From: a virus
Taxonomy: Duplodnaviria > Caudoviricetes
Virus record (IMG/VR): IMGVR_UViG_3300025010_001927
Coordinates: 1 to 54,262 of that record
Strand: one strand, 5' to 3'
Length of the DNA: 54,262 nt
A model generated the notes under the pieces. The model worked only from the letters and a program-made list of their open reading frames with translations. It had not been told where the DNA came from and did no database searches. This document shows, piece by piece, positions 1-9,426 of the stretch; positions within the stretch are counted from its first letter, which is position 1, and each line of letters begins with the position of its first letter. Position numbers and translations under genes: made by a program.

Positions 1-50
1 AAGGGAACGGGATTTTAAGTCCCGCGTGGCTACCATTTCACCACCCCGGC
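1..50 (-). tRNA. tRNA-Leu(TAA), 5' part, truncated by window edge (host)
   Basis: Reverse complement GCCGGGGTGGTGAAATGGTAGCCACGCGGGACTTAAAATCCCG: D-arm and anticodon stem CGGGA/TCCCG with loop CTTAAAA. Confidence 0.9.
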
Positions 51-70
51 GTACACGTATATTTTAACTC

Positions 71-97
71 AAAAATCCCCGGCTGACCCGAGGATTT
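71..97 (-). terminator. Hairpin originally downstream of tRNA-Gly (host side of attL)
   Basis: Minus strand AAATCCTCGG-GTCAG-CCGGGGATTT followed by TT. Confidence 0.55.
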
Positions 98-98
98 A

Positions 99-111
99 AT
101 GGAGCTGGTGA
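99..111 (+). repeat. attL (core ATGGAGC)
   Basis: ATGGAGCTGGTGA vs ATGGAGCGGGTGA at 54162-54174. Confidence 0.85.
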
Positions 112-407
112 CCGTAATTGGCTCGAACCACTTTAGCCTGGGCGACTATATCACACCAGATCTTTTCTTTCAGCTCCAATCTCTTAAAGAACATATGGGC
201 ATTGATTCATTTGCCAATTATCAGTAACCCCATCCTCAGTATTTTACTTCTTTTTCCCCTGTCTACACAAGGTTGTTTCTATTACTTTCTGTTGTTGCGC
301 TGGTCTCGAGTTAGATGTATTGTATAATACCTGTAACCTACATTAAAGATTATTCTTTATTGTAGGAGTATTTTTCCTTTTTAAGGAGCCTGCCTTTTCG
401 AATAACT

Positions 408-686
408 ATGAAAGATAAAAGCTCGAAGAAGCCACAATCTAAAATGACAGTCTTTGGGACCGCACCTGTAAGCTCGCGCGGTCAAATTGTCATACCTGCT
501 AAATTGCGTAAAGCACAAAACATTAATTCTGGTGATACCTTAATCTTTACCGGTAATCCTGATTCCGGCTACTTCCATGTGTTGAATGCCAACTCTTTCA
601 AAGGTTTTACTGATGATTTAAACAATCTCGTCTTCAACAATAAGCAGAAATCTGATCCTGCCAAAAAAGAGAAAAAAGACAAATAG
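408..686 (+). CDS. AbrB/MazE/SpoVT-family DNA-binding protein
   Basis: VSSRGQIVIPAKLRKAQNINSGDTL swapped-hairpin signature. Confidence 0.85.
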   Translation: MKDKSSKKPQSKMTVFGTAPVSSRGQIVIPAKLRKAQNINSGDTLIFTGNPDSGYFHVLNANSFKGFTDDLNNLVFNNKQKSDPAKKEKKDK

Positions 687-688
687 TT

Positions 689-937
689 TTATCGAAACAA
701 AAATCGAAAAACTAAGTCCACGATAATCATCGCAATTGAAGCTGTAACGCTAACTTTCACCGCTAAAGTACTCACTTTTATTTTCAAGTCAGTAACATCT
801 GTTTGTAATTGGTGTAAGTGGTTTTCTTTTATCTCCCTTAATTCTTTATTTACAAAACCAAATCCGCCATCTACTCGTTCTTCGAGTTTGGCAACACGTT
901 CGAGCATATTGATAGTATTGACTGGTTTATCACTCAT
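689..937 (-). CDS. Lysis-module membrane protein (coiled coil plus C-terminal TM, XhlA/holin-like)
   Basis: Last gene of lysis cassette; hydrophobic C-terminus. Confidence 0.6.
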   Translation of the reverse strand: MSDKPVNTINMLERVAKLEERVDGGFGFVNKELREIKENHLHQLQTDVTDLKIKVSTLAVKVSVTASIAMIIVDLVFRFLFR

Positions 938-943
938 AGGACA

Positions 944-1165
944 TTAGTTCTCAATATATTCACCTGTTGTTAACCATTTTCTAACTGTGTTGACGACGAC
1001 TGACCAGAAGGCAACAACAATCGGAGTCCATTGACCGAAGTCGATATTGGGAATTTGTTCTGTCAAATATGTTAGAGCTGCTCCGAGTAGTGCAATTCCT
1101 AAACCCGTACCAAGTTTCTTCAAGTCGTCAATTGTCAGCTGATATTTTGGGCTGGTAACTATCAT
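944..1165 (-). CDS. Putative holin
   Basis: 73 aa, two hydrophobic helices, basic C-terminus, overlaps endolysin stop. Confidence 0.7.
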   Translation of the reverse strand: MIVTSPKYQLTIDDLKKLGTGLGIALLGAALTYLTEQIPNIDFGQWTPIVVAFWSVVVNTVRKWLTTGEYIEN

Positions 1166-2229
1166 AATTTTTCACCTCCTTTTGGTAATTTATTACTGAA
1201 ATACTGAACCACGAGAGAAAAAATCAATTGAGGAGTCGGAATAAGAGTACCTTTTTGACAAGCCTCAAATTGACCTTTGTATTGCTGTGCATCGTTGAGG
1301 GCTCTGCCCTTGGCTTTATTAGCCTCATCTAGCGCGCCCTCCAATACCCCTATACGAGCCTGAGCCAAGGGGAGTGCATCTGAGCCGTTTTTGAGCTGCT
1401 TATTTAATGCGTCAATCAGGGCTTTGTAGTACTTTTCCTTCTCTAGCAAATCCTTTTCGAGTCTGCCAACTTGTTCTACGCGGTTGCTAATCTCCTGGTT
1501 GGCTTTGTCGAGCTCGGCAGACTTATCGTTTAGCTTGTTAGATAGGTCAGTTTCACGACTTTTATACCCTCCGACAACACTCTTAATTCTGTCGCTGGGG
1601 GTAGTATTGGGGTCGTCTGAGATCTCTAAAATCTTCAGTGTCTCGGCCCATTTTGTGGCAGAAGAAACGACTTGCTCGTATTTAGTGCGCCATTCTGGAG
1701 TGTTTGGGACCAAACAACCTTCTGGGGTAGAAGTCACCCCTTTTTCCTTTTTATATTTTCTTAACTCGTCAAAAAATTCTTGTGGATTAATTGCTCCAAA
1801 GTAGCCATTGCTATAGTTATCACTTGTGAATTTACCGTTTGAAAGTTGCCCTCGCTTCACTGTCAGGTGCAGGTGACTTCCGGTACTATTGCCTGTATTG
1901 TCACTAATAGCCATCGCATCGCCTTCGTTCTTATTCTCAAAACTCTCAATAGACTTACAGTGCGCATAAGTTAATTTGTAAGTGTTATATAGCTGGATGA
2001 TTACTTCAAAGTACAGACCAAAGCCATCATTCCCTTCGTTGCCTTGAGCATAAAATTTGGATGGCCAAGAAGACAAAATGTTTCTAAAACCCTGGGGTGT
2101 GTCTGGAAACTTCGTCTTTAAATCCCAACCGTTATGTCCTTTCAGTCCAAACCTAGCATAATCTGCAGGGTTCTCTCCAAAGCCTTGGTTTAATTCAAAT
2201 GGTTCGATTGGTCTTGTTATGTCTGACAT
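1162..2229 (-). CDS. Endolysin: M23 metallopeptidase plus long coiled-coil C-terminus
   Basis: HNGWD, YAH and NTGNSTGSHLH M23 motifs. Confidence 0.85.
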   Translation of the reverse strand: MSDITRPIEPFELNQGFGENPADYARFGLKGHNGWDLKTKFPDTPQGFRNILSSWPSKFYAQGNEGNDGFGLYFEVIIQLYNTYKLTYAHCKSIESFENKNEGDAMAISDNTGNSTGSHLHLTVKRGQLSNGKFTSDNYSNGYFGAINPQEFFDELRKYKKEKGVTSTPEGCLVPNTPEWRTKYEQVVSSATKWAETLKILEISDDPNTTPSDRIKSVVGGYKSRETDLSNKLNDKSAELDKANQEISNRVEQVGRLEKDLLEKEKYYKALIDALNKQLKNGSDALPLAQARIGVLEGALDEANKAKGRALNDAQQYKGQFEACQKGTLIPTPQLIFSLVVQYFSNKLPKGGEKL

Positions 2230-2235
2230 AGCTGT

Positions 2236-5200
2236 TTATCTATAAATAAGACTCTTGATACTTTGATTGTCTCCGGAACTAGCCCCTGGCTTCAATGGAA
2301 TAAGTGGTGATTTCTGTATATTGCCGTCAGTTTCTTGGGGAATGCCACCAGGCAGAGTTGTTTTTAGTAAGCGTTGCAAATCGCTTGCATTAAAAGTGAT
2401 GCTGCTTTGGAATAAGGCTGCTTCTTTTGGATCGTCTTTCATCAGTAGTGGCACAACCTGAGGTATCAGTTTCTCAGCCTCTGCATTCCAATTTAGAGCC
2501 ATTTGTTGTGCTTCTTGGAGGTTGCCTTCTTCTACCAGTTTTTTCATTTGTAAACGAGTTGTGTTGTACCCAACTTCAGCGTCGTATTTAATGTCCCAGG
2601 CAATGCGTTGCTTCTCACCACCGTGTGTTCTGTAAAAACGATCCATTGTTAGTCCAAGAACATCTGCAGGGCTCAACAGCTCGCGTGCTAGGCTCCCTGT
2701 AAGCCCGTAAACGGCGTGTGTGAGCTTCATAGGGCTTACACCGAGTGCTCGACCGATTGTGATGGCTAGATCGGGCGTTCTACTGTCATATTGCTCAGAT
2801 GGTGCTACTTTCTCTAACCTTCTAGGAACAACGGGAAAACCCGTAAAGAAGTTAGTATTAGTTGCGATTTCAACTGGCGTGCGTACTATCGGAGGCAGAG
2901 CACCCGAGAAGAAGGCTTGGGCGGAGAGTTCACCATCTCTGGTGAACGGAACAGGAGCCAATTGACTCATCCACTCCAGACCAAGTTTAAAGAGGTTTTG
3001 TGGTTCCTGTTTACGGACGTATTCGAAGGCATACATCAGGGGGTTGAAAAAGATCGCTCCGACATCGCCTTTAGGAATCTGAACCACTTTTGGTACTCGA
3101 TTGCCTTCGTCGTCTTTATCTTCGCCAACAATAACAATGAAGTAGGTGTCCTTTGCCCATTGTGGAATGTCATCCCACAATTCCTCATGGTTCATTACGT
3201 TGTAGAAATACGTGGCAATGCCAGGGAGAACAGTTAAGGCTATAGCCCTCGCAGTCGTCCGGATCGGATTATCTTTCATAACACGAGCTACGTTCAGCAG
3301 TCCTTGCCATCGAGCGTTAACAAACGGCACCCACATATTTATCAGCCGTGCTTCAACACCTGCTTTGGCAAAGTCGACTGTGACATTTCGGGCTTCAAAT
3401 GCTGCTTCGAGGGGAGTAGCTCCTTTACTAAGCGCCTTCTTATAAATTCCCAACCTTGGAGCAAGTTCGATAGCTTCGGAAAAGTTTCCTATCAACTCAA
3501 AGGGATTGAGAACTGCCTTTGTCCTTTCCATCCATCTGGGTCTGAATAATTGTTCAGAGGCAACTGCTAATCCTTTGGTTGACTCGATGTAGCTACCATA
3601 GCCACCTTGGTTTCTCATAAATTCGTCGTAGGCTTTTGACTCCCATTTAAACGCCGAGCGGAAACCATCTTTGAATCCTGACAGCCACACTGCAGGGTTA
3701 AAGCCATATTTGGAAACCATCGAGGCGGTTTGGTAATCACGGACTGCATTGGAGAGGGTGAAGGGGAAATAGAGAGTGGTTGTACCAGCTTTGAATGCTT
3801 TTGAAGACATCATGACTAACTTACCCATCAAGCCTGTCTCTGCTGGACTCATGGCGTGCATAGCTTCAGACAATTCTTTTGGCACAGCCCAGCGCGTCAC
3901 CTTACCACCGATAAATACACTAATTGACTCCCAATCCTGTGGGACATTTTCTTTATTGGGAAGAAACCTGATCAATCCTTTGGTCGCATCGGGGTGAGTC
4001 TTGCGTAGCTCCACGAGTTTCAGGGCTACTTTATTTCGCTCAACTAGGCTGACTGCTTTCGTGAGATTATCTATTACCGAGATAAATGGATCCCGAATGA
4101 CTTTATCCGTTCCTTCAAGGGCACTCACAACCCCTTGTTTACTCACTGAGAATGTTTCAGAGCCTACTGCCATCTTGTCTGCTTCTTCGAGCGTGGGTAT
4201 GTATTCCAAGACATGGAATGGTAGCCAATTTTTGTTTTTCTCTACAACAGCGTTGAAGGCTTTATTACTTAAGATACCCGAATCTCTCATAGGCTCCAAA
4301 ATTGCCTTAACCGCCCAATTCTGCATTCCGTTACCAACTTGCTGAAATGTTTGGAATGCTTTGTCACCAACCTTAGCCTTTAGTTCTTGAAGTGCTTTTT
4401 CTGCGGTATCTTGGGTGACTCCTAATGGATTTTCAACACCTCTGGCTGCTCTTTCAGCCGTTCTCTGGGCAAGCACATAACGGGTAAAGTCTGCGCGTAG
4501 TTTTCTAACCGGCTGAAGGGCGGTGTACAAGTCTCGGAAACTGCCTTCTACAATGCCGAAGCGTCCAGCGTACATTCGTGCACCAATATATGGACTGGAG
4601 TTAATGTCGATTAGCTTCCCTTGAAGTTTACTTACCTTGTTTTCAAATTCTCGGATAGGAGCAAAGCGATCAGTAAATAAACGAGGGAAAACTTGAATAG
4701 CTTTTTTAGCTTTATCCAAGAGATTTGCGGCTGGTGAGAGTTTCCCTACCATCGCATCTATCTGACTTAATGCACTTCCATCTGGAGGTGGCGGATCAGA
4801 TTCGATAGAGGACTCCTGCGGAGGTCTAGGAGGACTACCAGGTGGTGGATCTTTCACTTCATCAGCTCGAGGATGCTCTGAGGCAACTATCTGACCCTGA
4901 CGCCGTTTTTGAATCAATGTTGACTGCGATACATCCTTATTAGTGCTTTCAAGCTTTTCAAGCTCGGTTTCACCAGGAGCTCGATATTTGTCTCGTATTT
5001 CGGCAGCTTTGGCCGCTTTTTGATCTAAGACGGAGAATGATGTGCTTAGTGGAGTGGAGGGTTTGCCATCAACTAGGGGTACTACATTTTGTGGATCAAA
5101 AATAACCATCTGGTTTAAGCCTTTGACACCGTCATATCCTTTCTTTTGTAGAACTTCTCTAATTTTTTCGGGATCACCGTACTTAGTCGCTTCAGTGTAA

Positions 5201-6801
5201 AGCTCATCAATTTTGCCTGACCAATTGAAAAGTTTTAATCCTTTTTTAACCTTTGTATCTATTACTGTTCCATATAATTTTGCTCCTTCACCTCTTGGTG
5301 TAAGATCCAAGTAAACGCCCTTACCCATAACTCCTCCATAACCACTCGTTTTTCCAGAATCCGCCAAACTGAATCCTTCCTTTAAGATCTTTTCGGGAAC
5401 AGGAGTGCCATGTTTATATGTTTCTACACTTAGCTCAGTTGCTTCAGGTGCGCCTCCTTTTGAAGGAGTGACTGGTATCTTATTTTCCATAGCCACTGTC
5501 ACTAAATCAGCGTCAGTTAGTTCCGCAACTCGACCGAGTCTAGTTTTCGCTTCTTGTCCTCCAAGGGAGGTCACGATTTCGCTTCGTTGTGCATCGTTTA
5601 AGGTAGCTCGAATTGATAAACCTGCCGGCATATTACGAACAGCTCTGACAATAATGGCGCGTTTATCAGGGACATTTTTCCAGAGATCATAATAAAGGTC
5701 TTGAAATTCTTGCCTGAATGATTTTCCGGTGTAGCCAGTAGGATTGCTCACTTTTGCCAGGAATTCATAAGCTCTGTTGGCGGTGTTCCAAGCCTGGTTA
5801 AACTGTGTCATTTCCTGAGGTGTTTGATTAGCTTGAGCTGGGAATTGCTTAGTTATGCCGACTACTTTATTTTTCCAAGCTTGCTTAACCTGGTCTGCGG
5901 TTGCTTTTTCATTCACTCCTAAATATTCCAAGGCTTGGTTTTTGGTAATCTTCAACTGCTCACTAACCACTTTTTCGATTTGTTTCTCTATGGCTGGTTT
6001 GTTGGGAAGATACTTGGCTACTGCAAAATTGAGAGAGTGTAATCCCATCATAGCCGCCGTGTTTTTAAGAGCATCTTCGGTTGATTCACCCTTAATCAGA
6101 GATGTTACATATGTGGCCGGTCCAATGATCGCGGAGGATTTGAGAAAAGATGGTTTCATTCCGGCAATAGAGAAAGCTCCACCCAAGGCAAAATCACTAA
6201 CGAAGTCCTTTGTTCTTTGTTGTGCGTTTTTATATGATTCTTCTTTTTGAAGTTGTGTCAGTCCTGCAAAAGTAAGCCCATTTGATAACAGGCTAAATGT
6301 CTTTGGAGCTACTGTTGCGACTCTAGCAAGTAGAGGAACACCCTTGAGAGCTCCCTGGACCAGCCCGCCACCAACGACAAAGGTTCCAATAGTACCGAGG
6401 ACATTAAATTCAACCTCAGTCATATCTCCAGCCATTTTCTCAATATCGTTTGCATATTTGATTTCGGGATTCCACCAGCCAAAGGTAAGTGCTTGAGCCA
6501 AACCATCACCAGCACCCTTTAATGCTCCAACTGTTGCACTGGGGAGTCGTTCTAAAACATCTGTATCTCGGTCGCCTAAACCCAAGGTCTGTGCTGCTGC
6601 CTCAACATAGATACTTTTAAAGGGTTTGTACGAGCCACTGGTTGGACCTGGAATTGCAAATTCTGATTGCTCAGGAACCAATGGCTTAATCAAGTCGCCG
6701 AATTTTTGTTGAGCTTTCCCAAAAATACCACCGAGTGTTTGACTCGTATTCTGAATTGACGAGGTTATGTTTTTCTTGATTTGATTAAAAAAGTTATCCA
6801 T
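2236..6801 (-). CDS. Large internal virion/ejection polyvalent protein (J-like domain, ART-like domain, LPD38-like C-terminus)
   Basis: ~1520 aa; likely start MDNFF just after the upstream stop; HGT...GKGVY...GYDG...VIFDP segment; WDDIPQWAKDTYF; position between tail and lysis genes. Confidence 0.7.
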   Translation of the reverse strand: MDNFFNQIKKNITSSIQNTSQTLGGIFGKAQQKFGDLIKPLVPEQSEFAIPGPTSGSYKPFKSIYVEAAAQTLGLGDRDTDVLERLPSATVGALKGAGDGLAQALTFGWWNPEIKYANDIEKMAGDMTEVEFNVLGTIGTFVVGGGLVQGALKGVPLLARVATVAPKTFSLLSNGLTFAGLTQLQKEESYKNAQQRTKDFVSDFALGGAFSIAGMKPSFLKSSAIIGPATYVTSLIKGESTEDALKNTAAMMGLHSLNFAVAKYLPNKPAIEKQIEKVVSEQLKITKNQALEYLGVNEKATADQVKQAWKNKVVGITKQFPAQANQTPQEMTQFNQAWNTANRAYEFLAKVSNPTGYTGKSFRQEFQDLYYDLWKNVPDKRAIIVRAVRNMPAGLSIRATLNDAQRSEIVTSLGGQEAKTRLGRVAELTDADLVTVAMENKIPVTPSKGGAPEATELSVETYKHGTPVPEKILKEGFSLADSGKTSGYGGVMGKGVYLDLTPRGEGAKLYGTVIDTKVKKGLKLFNWSGKIDELYTEATKYGDPEKIREVLQKKGYDGVKGLNQMVIFDPQNVVPLVDGKPSTPLSTSFSVLDQKAAKAAEIRDKYRAPGETELEKLESTNKDVSQSTLIQKRRQGQIVASEHPRADEVKDPPPGSPPRPPQESSIESDPPPPDGSALSQIDAMVGKLSPAANLLDKAKKAIQVFPRLFTDRFAPIREFENKVSKLQGKLIDINSSPYIGARMYAGRFGIVEGSFRDLYTALQPVRKLRADFTRYVLAQRTAERAARGVENPLGVTQDTAEKALQELKAKVGDKAFQTFQQVGNGMQNWAVKAILEPMRDSGILSNKAFNAVVEKNKNWLPFHVLEYIPTLEEADKMAVGSETFSVSKQGVVSALEGTDKVIRDPFISVIDNLTKAVSLVERNKVALKLVELRKTHPDATKGLIRFLPNKENVPQDWESISVFIGGKVTRWAVPKELSEAMHAMSPAETGLMGKLVMMSSKAFKAGTTTLYFPFTLSNAVRDYQTASMVSKYGFNPAVWLSGFKDGFRSAFKWESKAYDEFMRNQGGYGSYIESTKGLAVASEQLFRPRWMERTKAVLNPFELIGNFSEAIELAPRLGIYKKALSKGATPLEAAFEARNVTVDFAKAGVEARLINMWVPFVNARWQGLLNVARVMKDNPIRTTARAIALTVLPGIATYFYNVMNHEELWDDIPQWAKDTYFIVIVGEDKDDEGNRVPKVVQIPKGDVGAIFFNPLMYAFEYVRKQEPQNLFKLGLEWMSQLAPVPFTRDGELSAQAFFSGALPPIVRTPVEIATNTNFFTGFPVVPRRLEKVAPSEQYDSRTPDLAITIGRALGVSPMKLTHAVYGLTGSLARELLSPADVLGLTMDRFYRTHGGEKQRIAWDIKYDAEVGYNTTRLQMKKLVEEGNLQEAQQMALNWNAEAEKLIPQVVPLLMKDDPKEAALFQSSITFNASDLQRLLKTTLPGGIPQETDGNIQKSPLIPLKPGASSGDNQSIKSLIYR

Positions 6802-6806
6802 ATGTT

Positions 6807-7874
6807 TTAAACCCCGGGTGTAAATAAGCGTCTTAAGAATCCCATTACTCCTGGCTGGTTTTTTAACTGCCACTCCTCATCAATAATTTGTGTGGCGTTT
6901 TTACCTTTATCTGTTGAGACTTCTGATAGGTTTGTTTTAAGCTGATCGGCCGTAAATCCCTGCTTCCACGCAGATCTGATTTCATTTCGCAGATCGCCTT
7001 CGTTTACGGTGGTTGTTTGTGACTTACTTGAAGGTTCCTCATAAAGGGTAGTTTTACCTGAGGTGGCATCGAAATATCCAACTACATTACCGAATGCATC
7101 TTTAACTTGTTGTTTGGCATAAGTTCCACCGCCATCACCAGTTCTCATTCTGCTGGTCTGGGAGTCATATAGTTTTAGCTCAAACTCTTTTTCCCAACGC
7201 TCATCTTCTTTGGCAGAGGATAATTCTGAAGATCGTATTTGATTGTAGGTATTAAGCAGTCCTCCTAAAAATTGCAGATCATATCGAAGATTATTGAGCT
7301 TGGCTTCTTTACCTTGCGTTTCAGATGTGACTTTTCGAGTGATTTCACCAAGACGAGCGTTGTAATCCTCGGCTTTTGCGTTTCGTTCTTCAATCAGATT
7401 GCCAATTTTAGCGTTAGCAAACCTTTGAACTTCTCCAGATTCTCCAGTTATCGTGGCCGCTGAATATCCTGGGTTTTTGCGAATCTTACTAACCGATTCA
7501 TCTCTGACATTTTTTTCTTGAGAGATGCTTGTATCCAGCGAGCTAATGGTATCTTTAAGCTTGCCAAGTTCCGCTTTACCATATTCTTCGTCATATCGCC
7601 GAGTCAGGTAGCCTTCAAGGTCTGAGGACAAGTCTTGAGTTTGTTTGTAGGTGTCCTGAAATTTAATATTGAGTGTCCCTGCATCAAAACCAAGAATGCT
7701 GTCAGAACCACCTATCTGGGAAAGACCCGCACTCAAGCTGGCAACAGACTGCTGTTTTCCTGGTTCATCGCCCTCAGTCCAGACATCCTTACCACCAGAA
7801 TCAGTACCCCACCAACGCAGGGCTTTGCTTTGATTAGGTTGCCAATACCATCCACCGTATTGTTTATCTGCCAT
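6807..7874 (-). CDS. Putative ejection/internal virion protein, coiled coil
   Basis: Helical composition; lies between tail genes and the large polyvalent protein. Confidence 0.5.
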   Translation of the reverse strand: MADKQYGGWYWQPNQSKALRWWGTDSGGKDVWTEGDEPGKQQSVASLSAGLSQIGGSDSILGFDAGTLNIKFQDTYKQTQDLSSDLEGYLTRRYDEEYGKAELGKLKDTISSLDTSISQEKNVRDESVSKIRKNPGYSAATITGESGEVQRFANAKIGNLIEERNAKAEDYNARLGEITRKVTSETQGKEAKLNNLRYDLQFLGGLLNTYNQIRSSELSSAKEDERWEKEFELKLYDSQTSRMRTGDGGGTYAKQQVKDAFGNVVGYFDATSGKTTLYEEPSSKSQTTTVNEGDLRNEIRSAWKQGFTADQLKTNLSEVSTDKGKNATQIIDEEWQLKNQPGVMGFLRRLFTPGV

Positions 7875-8107
7875 TAGGAGCCACCTCCTTTCTCTGGCTG
7901 TTTAACTTCAGTTATTTCTCCAGATATAACATCGAAGTTATATTCTTTTTGACTATCGAGACCGTATTTGAAAAACTTACCAAGAAGCCACACCACTAAC
8001 TGAGAATCAAGTGCTTGAATAGTCAGCTGATGCTGCTTAATCATTTGCTTTCTTAATTGCAGTTCTTTTAAATCGGACTTATCTAATTTAATTTGTTTTT
8101 TCGACAT
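7874..8107 (-). CDS. Small hypothetical protein (possible fibre-associated chaperone)
   Basis: AGAAAGGAGG RBS before ATG at 8107; tightly coupled to neighbours. Confidence 0.65.
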   Translation of the reverse strand: MSKKQIKLDKSDLKELQLRKQMIKQHQLTIQALDSQLVVWLLGKFFKYGLDSQKEYNFDVISGEITEVKQPEKGGGS

Positions 8108-9422
8108 AATCTGCGACCTCCTTTCTGCCAACTGTGGTGATAAATTCACGCCGTAGTTGGTCAACTTGCTCCTGGATTTTGGGACCGCCTTTTTTGGTGA
8201 TCTCGTTTATTCGATGTTCCAGGTAGCGCTCTTTGAAAGTCTCCTCGTCTTCATCATCACGTTTGATGGCAATTTCGCCTTCGGGTTCAAAATCAAAGTC
8301 AAAGAATTTATCGCGGACCGTCACTACCATGAAATCGAACTGAGCGGAAGATGTACCGCCTTGCAGTTCTTGCACGATAAGATGGTCGTTTGTTACTTCG
8401 ACAATGAAAAGTCCGTTGCAGTTTTGCTTGGAAGTCAGATATGCTGTGATGTTTCTGGGATCGCTGACCGCTTTGAAGTGGTCTGGGAAGTCAATTCGTG
8501 TCTGTCCGTTACTTAGGTTAGCTGTGCCTCTATGAATGAGGAGAACTTCTGCTGCCTCAATACCAGTATAGACCAATCTATGGCCCTTTTTCAATGGATG
8601 GGGAATGGAGAAGTTTGATGTGCCACTTTTATTAATATTGCCAGCCACATTAAGCGCTTCTAACCCTGACATCAAAATATTTATTTTTGTGAAGTATCCG
8701 GTCCCTCCATAGATTCGCTCGGCACTCATCTGCCCCGCAGAGATTTTTCCAGCATTCAAATCATTTACTTCTGCATCTGTAACTGCTAAGTCCTGAATTT
8801 TTGCAGTACTAATAGCGGCATTAGCAATGCGTGAGTTTCCGACCTCTAGTGCGCCGATCTTGGCATTGGAAATTGAAGCATCTGCAATTTCAGCGTTAGT
8901 TACGGCTGCATCCTGGATTTTAGCTGTGCTGATAGCTGCATTAGCAATTTTGGAATTGCCGACTTCTAAAGCACCAATCTTGGCGTTTGTGATAGCGGCA
9001 TCTGCAATCTCTGCATTTGTAATGGCGGCTGTTTGAATCTTTGCCGTTGAGATGGAAGCGTTTGCGATCTTGGCATTGGTGATTTGAGCCGTGCCAATGT
9101 GAGCAGTCAGAATAATGGCTTCGGCAATTTGAGCCGAGACGGTAATCACTGAGCCAGCTTTATAGACCTTGGCTGCTGTGATGGCATCGTCTTTAATTTT
9201 TTGAGTGGCCACTGCAGCATCAGCCAACTTTTGTTCGGTAACTGAGAAATCATCCAGCTCGGCATCGCCAACTGCTCCAGGTTTAATGTTGACGCTATCG
9301 ACAGTATTAGCACCTAGAGCCGGTGAATCAATACCATTATGCGTATGAGGCACCACTTCAGGAAACGGTTGATCTTCTATTTCCTTATTTTGTAGTATTT
9401 TTTTGACTTGTTTAGTTAGCAT
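8088..9422 (-). CDS. Tail fibre/spike with 10-aa beta repeats and C-terminal intramolecular-chaperone-like domain
   Basis: Repeats like AITNAKIAD; NFSIPHPL...IEAAEV...RG...IDFPDHF C-terminus. Confidence 0.7.
   Translation of the reverse strand: MLTKQVKKILQNKEIEDQPFPEVVPHTHNGIDSPALGANTVDSVNIKPGAVGDAELDDFSVTEQKLADAAVATQKIKDDAITAAKVYKAGSVITVSAQIAEAIILTAHIGTAQITNAKIANASISTAKIQTAAITNAEIADAAITNAKIGALEVGNSKIANAAISTAKIQDAAVTNAEIADASISNAKIGALEVGNSRIANAAISTAKIQDLAVTDAEVNDLNAGKISAGQMSAERIYGGTGYFTKINILMSGLEALNVAGNINKSGTSNFSIPHPLKKGHRLVYTGIEAAEVLLIHRGTANLSNGQTRIDFPDHFKAVSDPRNITAYLTSKQNCNGLFIVEVTNDHLIVQELQGGTSSAQFDFMVVTVRDKFFDFDFEPEGEIAIKRDDEDEETFKERYLEHRINEITKKGGPKIQEQVDQLRREFITTVGRKEVADYVEKTN
8791..9030. 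repeat. 120-bp tandem duplication within tail fibre
   Basis: Two 40-aa units AAITNAEIADAAITNAKIGALEVGNSKIANAAISTAKIQD / AAVTNAEIADASISNAKIGALEVGNSRIANAAISTAKIQD. Confidence 0.85.
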
Positions 9423-9426
9423 AAAT

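Noticed and set aside
118-327. 69-aa ORF in track
   Set aside because: TTG start, no RBS; overlaps the 99-227 frame that is better explained as the integrase tail
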